From an uncultured virus (IMG/VR IMGVR_UViG_3300042385_000739) (Duplodnaviria > Heunggongvirae > Uroviricota > Caudoviricetes): DNA of 64,000 nt. Both the position numbers and the translations under genes were made by a program. Positions 59,070-64,000 of the stretch are shown here, one piece after another. Below the pieces are notes generated by a model that was given only the letters and a program-made list of their open reading frames with translations, searched no databases and was not told the origin of the DNA. The stretch lies in the IMG/VR virus record IMGVR_UViG_3300042385_000739, positions 1-64,000 of that record, one strand, 5' to 3'. Each line of letters begins with the position of its first letter. Position 1 is the first letter of the stretch.

Positions 59070-60107
59070 TTAAACGTTTGTTAATATCCAACCTTGGGCA
59101 GCATTATAATACACTAATGTAAATGCTGAACGGTTTGTTGTTACTGTCATATCTGATGCTGTTCCTTGAATGTTGCCACCATTTCTTCCAACTGTAATTG
59201 CGTGTACATTTGCATTACCAGTACCATCAATGATACCAACTTCAGTACCCAATGAAGGACTACTTGGAAGTGTAATTGTTATGTTAGAAGTATCTGTGTT
59301 AACTATATATTTTGTGTTTGCTGTTGCAGATGTATTTGCGGTAACATCTACATAAGTGTATCCGCCGCTTCCACCACCGCCGCTTCCTAAATTAAATGTC
59401 ATTACCTCAATAGATGCGCCATTAGCCGGTGCACTACTTAATGTGACATTTGCTCCAGAAACAGTATATGCTGAATGTAATTGACTTACGCCGTCAACGT
59501 TAATAATTGTATAATTTTCTGATGTTGGTGCGTTTGTTAAAGTAAAGACTGTTTGAACACCATTGCCGGCAAAGGTGTCAAGTACTATATTAGATCCGGC
59601 TGTTGATGCTAATATCCAACTTAAATTGCCAGAACCGTCAGTGCTTAATATATATCCGTTTGCACCGCCCGCAATATGCAGATTGCCCACAGCACCTAAA
59701 GTTACATTTGCACCACTTAGGGATACATTACCTGTTATGTTTGCTGTACCGGATATATTTGCGCCAGTACCGGTAATAGTCATTACATTGGCATTACCAA
59801 CTGCACTAAATGTGATATTTCCGTTTGCTGTAGCAATATTTACATTACTATTACCATTACTGATATTGCTTGTTGAGCCTCCTCCGGACTGTGCAGTCCA
59901 AGATAAGTTACCCAATCCATCAGTGCTCAGTACATATGTGTTAGAGCCACCGGTAATCTTTATATTACCAACTGCACCTAAATTCGCTGAATTTGTGACA
60001 CTAATATTTCCAAGGAAGTAATTTGCCTGTACGTTTGCATTGGCCGAGTGCAATGATATATTGCCGGTCGTGAGGCCGTTCTTTACGTTAAAATATTTAA
60101 ATGACAC
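59070..60107 (-). CDS. Short fibre-like protein with a C-terminal domain resembling T4 gp9/gp10-type modules
   Basis: GTG start; fibre repeats; DTFAGNGVQT domain; YIVNT...ITLP..P..G..V.I.D...LVYY...GW. Confidence 0.65.
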   Translation of the reverse strand: MSFKYFNVKNGLTTGNISLHSANANVQANYFLGNISVTNSANLGAVGNIKITGGSNTYVLSTDGLGNLSWTAQSGGGSTSNISNGNSNVNIATANGNITFSAVGNANVMTITGTGANISGTANITGNVSLSGANVTLGAVGNLHIAGGANGYILSTDGSGNLSWILASTAGSNIVLDTFAGNGVQTVFTLTNAPTSENYTIINVDGVSQLHSAYTVSGANVTLSSAPANGASIEVMTFNLGSGGGGSGGYTYVDVTANTSATANTKYIVNTDTSNITITLPSSPSLGTEVGIIDGTGNANVHAITVGRNGGNIQGTASDMTVTTNRSAFTLVYYNAAQGWILTNV

Positions 60108-60139
60108 AGTTCCATATTCCCTGTTTACGAATTATACTA

Positions 60140-60166
60140 TATTTATCCCCCGATTAAAGGGGATAA
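60140..60166 (-). promoter_or_regulatory. Hairpin (ttatcccc / ggggataa) overlapping a GATAAATA late promoter
   Basis: 8-bp inverted repeat at 60143-60150 and 60159-60166; promoter box at 60140-60147. Confidence 0.55.
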
Positions 60167-60172
60167 TTTTCA

Positions 60173-63100
60173 TTAAGTGTTAATGTAAGTACTTACCATA
60201 TTTACTTTTAAGTTAGCACTAGTTCCAGATGCATACAATGATACATTTCCAGATACTCCATTAATATTACTTGATAGTTCAATGATATCAGAAGTAACAT
60301 TACTACAAATACTACCATAAATTGTTATATAAGCTGTAGTACCATCATGTATCAATAATGTTTCAACAGATTGGTATCCATCATCACCTGACGCACTGAT
60401 AATATACTTTGCTGTTCTAAATGTGCTTGGGGAGAACTGATCTACAACTGTGTTTGAAGTTACTGATACATTACTACGATTACTTGTTAAACCACCGTTG
60501 TACGCAACATAATTAGCTGTTACATTACCACTTACAGCTAAACTTGTCAATGTACCAACACTAGTAATATTTGGCTGTGCCGCTGTTGTTACCGTACCTG
60601 CTTTACCTGCAGTTTCTACGTTTAAGTTAGCAACTTGTGTAGTAGATGTTACAGTAAACGGTGCAGTACCTGTCGTTACGTTAGAAGTTAATGTAGTGGT
60701 AGTAATATTACCTGACGCAAACAAGAATTCTGTACCCAAATTACCTGTATTTGCATTACCGGTAGCATTTAATGTACCTGCTATATTTGCACCAGTCGAG
60801 GTAACTACTAATGTAGTATTTCCACCCGATACAGTATTAACATTGCCATTTGCAGTTGGAATACTTACATTACTTGTACCATTAGCTATCGAAGATGTAT
60901 CGACATTGGCCCAAGATAATGTTCCAGATCCATTTGTTTGTAGATATTGTCCATTAGAACCGCCTGTGATATGTACATTAGCTACTGGACCTAATGCAAC
61001 ATTACTTGCAGATGTAAAATCAATAGTACTATTAGCAGTTAATCCAGCAAGTGTACCAACACTAGTAATATTTGGCTGACTTGCAGTTGTTAATGTGCCG
61101 GTTAAAGTTGTAGCAGAAATGTTATTAGCACCAGAAATATTTCCACCAGATGCTAATGTTATATTGGCTGAGTGTAAGTTACCTGATATGTTTGCATAGC
61201 CTGCAATATTTGCGCCAGTTCCAGTAATAACCAATGTGGTATTACCTGTAGCAGTAAGATTAATATTACCATTACTACTTGGAATATCAACATTACTATT
61301 GCCATTGCTGATCCCTGTACCAGATGGTACAGCTGCCCAAGATAATGTTCCTGAACCATTTGTTTGTAAATAGTATCCATTAGTACCGCCGGTAATAGTA
61401 ACATTACCTACTGGTCCTAAATTACTTGTACCAGTAACTGCTAACGTTCCTACATTAGCTGAGCCAGCAGTACTTATATTACCACCAGATATATTACCAG
61501 TTACACTTAAGCTTGTTAGTGTTCCAACTGAAGTAATATTGGGTTGTGCATTAGTTGTTAAATTACCAGTTAAGGTGTTAGCAGAAATATTGTTTGCTCC
61601 GGAAATATTACCACCTGAACCACCTGTCGTTATATTCCCTGCAGTTAGATTTCCAGTAACTGATAAATTACCTAATGTACCAACACTAGTTAATGATGAA
61701 TTAACAATAGTACCGGCTAATGTAGTACCGGTTAAATTAGCGGCATTGGCTGTTATAGCTGTATTACTTGCGGCTGTTAATTGACCTTGACCATTAACTG
61801 TAAATGTTGCTACTGCATCACCTCCACCATATGAACCGGCAGTTACTGCAGTGTTACTAATACTAAATTGTGTTCCATTTAACGTTAAACCAGTACCAGC
61901 AGTATACGCACCAGCACCTGAGAACTGTACCCAATATACCGGACTTGTTCCAACTGTAGTGACTGGATCTGTCATTACCCAACCAGTGTTGTCGTACAAT
62001 GTACCTGCAGTAACGAATGTGAAATCACCTCCTGCCATTTCAGTCGGAGTATTAAAGTCTGCTGAACGTGTTAATACTGTACTGCTTGTAACATCATATA
62101 TACCGTTATCTGCTGTAGATACCTCATTCTTAACTAGAACACGCATACCAACTGACAATGTAACACCGTCAATAGTTGTGTATGTTCCTGTTGTTGTCAA
62201 TGTTGCACCAACACCGCTTGTACCGTTATTATATGTAACAGTACCGCCTGAGATACTTGCTAATGTAGTTTGTGTTGCCGCATTACAACTATCGTGTGTA
62301 TGTAATCCTTGAGCAACATCATCAACGTATTGCTTAGTTGCCGCATCAGCTGGGTTAACTGGAGTAGCAAGACTTACAATGTTGAAACTGTTTAGAGTAA
62401 CATTGCCACCAAAACTACCTGTTCCGGTTGCAATTAAGTTTGTTGTACCTAAGTTACCAACGTTAGCATTACCGGTTGCATTTAATGCGACGGTAGTTAA
62501 ATTACCAACGTTAGCGTTGCCACTTACAATTAATGATGATAGTGTACCTACACTGGTAATATTTGGTTGAGCGTTAGTTGTTACTGTATCTGCAGTTGTT
62601 GCAGATCCAGCAGTTGTTGCAAAGGTTGCATTAGCAACAGTACCAGTAACATTTGCACCTGCGATATTTGATAATCCACCGCCATTACCTGTAAATAGTC
62701 CGGTGTTAGCAGTAAATGCGGATGCGGTAACTGTTCCACTAACATCTAAGTTTGATAATGTGCCAACACTAGTAATATTTGGTTGAGCATTAGTTGTTAC
62801 TGTACCGGCTGTAGTTGCTGTATTAGCTGTTCCGTAGAAGTTACCAATAAAGTAATTAGCAGATGCCGCATTACCTAAATTAGCGTTGTCAGTAGATAAA
62901 TTGCCTGTAACTGTTAATACGTTTGATGTTTTATTGAATGTGAAAGCATTACCGCCACCAATATTACCACCATCATTAAACAATACACTAGTGTTAGAAC
63001 CACCAACGCTAACGTTACCACTAAAGTTACCACTAAAGTTACCACTAAAGTTAGTAGCAGTTAATGTGCCAGTAGCATTAATATTACCATTAATCATTAC

Positions 63101-63523
63101 TATGTTAGATGTAGCATTACCTACTGTTAAACTAGTTAAATTACCAACGCTAGTAATATTTGGTTGACTTGAACTTGTAGCGTCAAATACACCATGGAAG
63201 AAATTAGCTGTTGCTAAATTACCTAAATTAGCATTACCCGATGATATATTACCAGTAACTGATAAATCTGTTAGTGTGCCAACTGAAGTAATATTAGGTT
63301 GTGCATTTGTATACACTGTTCCGGCAACTAAAGCATTGCCTACTTGGCCAGAGACATTTGCACCTGCTATATTACTTAAATTATTACCTGAACCAATAAA
63401 GAAATTAGCGGTAAGAGCGTTACCTAAATTAGCATTATTTGCCGTAATATTGCCGGTTATTCCATCTAGTAATATATTACCAGTTGTAATACCTTGTTTT
63501 ACATTAAAATATTTTGTAGTCAT
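60173..63523 (-). CDS. Long fibre-like structural protein, 1116 aa
   Basis: QPNITSVGTL repeats, DAATKQYVD domain, C-terminal D.F....R.AKY...E.LLIHD...Y domain. Confidence 0.75.
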   Translation of the reverse strand: MTTKYFNVKQGITTGNILLDGITGNITANNANLGNALTANFFIGSGNNLSNIAGANVSGQVGNALVAGTVYTNAQPNITSVGTLTDLSVTGNISSGNANLGNLATANFFHGVFDATSSSQPNITSVGNLTSLTVGNATSNIVMINGNINATGTLTATNFSGNFSGNFSGNVSVGGSNTSVLFNDGGNIGGGNAFTFNKTSNVLTVTGNLSTDNANLGNAASANYFIGNFYGTANTATTAGTVTTNAQPNITSVGTLSNLDVSGTVTASAFTANTGLFTGNGGGLSNIAGANVTGTVANATFATTAGSATTADTVTTNAQPNITSVGTLSSLIVSGNANVGNLTTVALNATGNANVGNLGTTNLIATGTGSFGGNVTLNSFNIVSLATPVNPADAATKQYVDDVAQGLHTHDSCNAATQTTLASISGGTVTYNNGTSGVGATLTTTGTYTTIDGVTLSVGMRVLVKNEVSTADNGIYDVTSSTVLTRSADFNTPTEMAGGDFTFVTAGTLYDNTGWVMTDPVTTVGTSPVYWVQFSGAGAYTAGTGLTLNGTQFSISNTAVTAGSYGGGDAVATFTVNGQGQLTAASNTAITANAANLTGTTLAGTIVNSSLTSVGTLGNLSVTGNLTAGNITTGGSGGNISGANNISANTLTGNLTTNAQPNITSVGTLTSLSVTGNISGGNISTAGSANVGTLAVTGTSNLGPVGNVTITGGTNGYYLQTNGSGTLSWAAVPSGTGISNGNSNVDIPSSNGNINLTATGNTTLVITGTGANIAGYANISGNLHSANITLASGGNISGANNISATTLTGTLTTASQPNITSVGTLAGLTANSTIDFTSASNVALGPVANVHITGGSNGQYLQTNGSGTLSWANVDTSSIANGTSNVSIPTANGNVNTVSGGNTTLVVTSTGANIAGTLNATGNANTGNLGTEFLFASGNITTTTLTSNVTTGTAPFTVTSTTQVANLNVETAGKAGTVTTAAQPNITSVGTLTSLAVSGNVTANYVAYNGGLTSNRSNVSVTSNTVVDQFSPSTFRTAKYIISASGDDGYQSVETLLIHDGTTAYITIYGSICSNVTSDIIELSSNINGVSGNVSLYASGTSANLKVNMVSTYINT

Positions 63524-63534
63524 TTTTAATCCTT

Positions 63535-64000
63535 TTAATCTGCTACGTAAACGCCCAATAAATTCACCGTTGTGTTAGCTGTACCAGTTGTGGCTAGCAA
63601 CCTAACATTTCCGGAAACTATATCTGTAGATAATACTATAATGTCTAGACCTATAGTAGACAAGCTACCATATATAGTCACATAACTATTAGCATTATCA
63701 TGAATCAATAATACTTCAACAGCCTGATATCCATCATCGCTATTGACTCTCATTGTGTATTTAGCTGACCTGTACTTATTAACCGAAAAGCTGTCAACTA
63801 CTGTGCTTGTTGTAACATTTATTGGGGTTCTGTTACTATAAACATCACTTACTTTTAAGTTGGTGATAGTCGCTGTGGACTGCACTACCAAATTACCTGT
63901 TGTGCTAATATTATTAGCAATTAAATTACCACGGGCGGTTACATTTCCAGCAATACTTCCTAATGTAATATTGGCTAATAATCCAATGTTAATATTATCT
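63535..64000 (-). CDS. C-terminal part of a structural protein; 5' end lies outside the window
   Basis: Frame is open from 63999 (DNINIGLLANITLG...) to the stop; C-terminal domain is paralogous to that of 60173-63523. Confidence 0.75.
   Translation of the reverse strand, partial: DNINIGLLANITLGSIAGNVTARGNLIANNISTTGNLVVQSTATITNLKVSDVYSNRTPINVTTSTVVDSFSVNKYRSAKYTMRVNSDDGYQAVEVLLIHDNANSYVTIYGSLSTIGLDIIVLSTDIVSGNVRLLATTGTANTTVNLLGVYVAD

Noticed and set aside
20345..63578. Numerous plus-strand ORFs (e.g. 41459-42334, 44183-44971, 26141-26839)
   Set aside because: They are antisense shadows of repetitive minus-strand genes (L/P/V/A-rich mirror translations) with no recognisable motifs.
1..64000. 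Alternative genetic code as in some large phages
   Set aside because: Conserved genes such as nrdA, nrdB and glf are full length under code 11 and coding density is already very high.
1..64000. tRNA, rRNA or structured ncRNA genes
   Set aside because: Intergenic gaps are all short and AT-rich, and I saw no cloverleaf or other recognisable RNA motif; a covariance-model scan was not run.

Overview
A 64-kb AT-rich fragment of a large tailed dsDNA phage genome with a T4-like gene set. All credible genes are on the minus strand, tightly packed, use the standard code, and are punctuated by T4-late-promoter-like TAAATA boxes. Reading in the direction of transcription (64000 to 1): (1) about 44 kb of putative virion fibre/adhesin genes arranged as promoter-delimited cassettes, each with a long Asn/Gly/Thr-rich fibre gene, usually small adaptor or chaperone genes, and a candidate binding head (two 6xLamG proteins, two glycine-rich proteins, one 4384-aa RCC1-repeat protein); (2) a 9.4-kb glycosylation cluster (GT9-like/methyltransferase fusion, GT25, GT2-like enzymes, methyltransferases, glf, ADP-heptose enzymes); (3) nrdA, nrdB, glutaredoxin, PAAR, two hypothetical proteins, a SleB-type hydrolase, an HNH endonuclease, and the first 28 codons of an iscU gene that the ORF track missed. 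The most striking observation is the giant RCC1 protein. Parsed by hand, its 84 blades resolve into exactly 12 seven-bladed propellers that are inserted inside one another up to four levels deep, bracketed by recurring opener and closer linkers, which implies a branched tree-shaped protein. Family assignments are from motif recognition only; no database searches were run.
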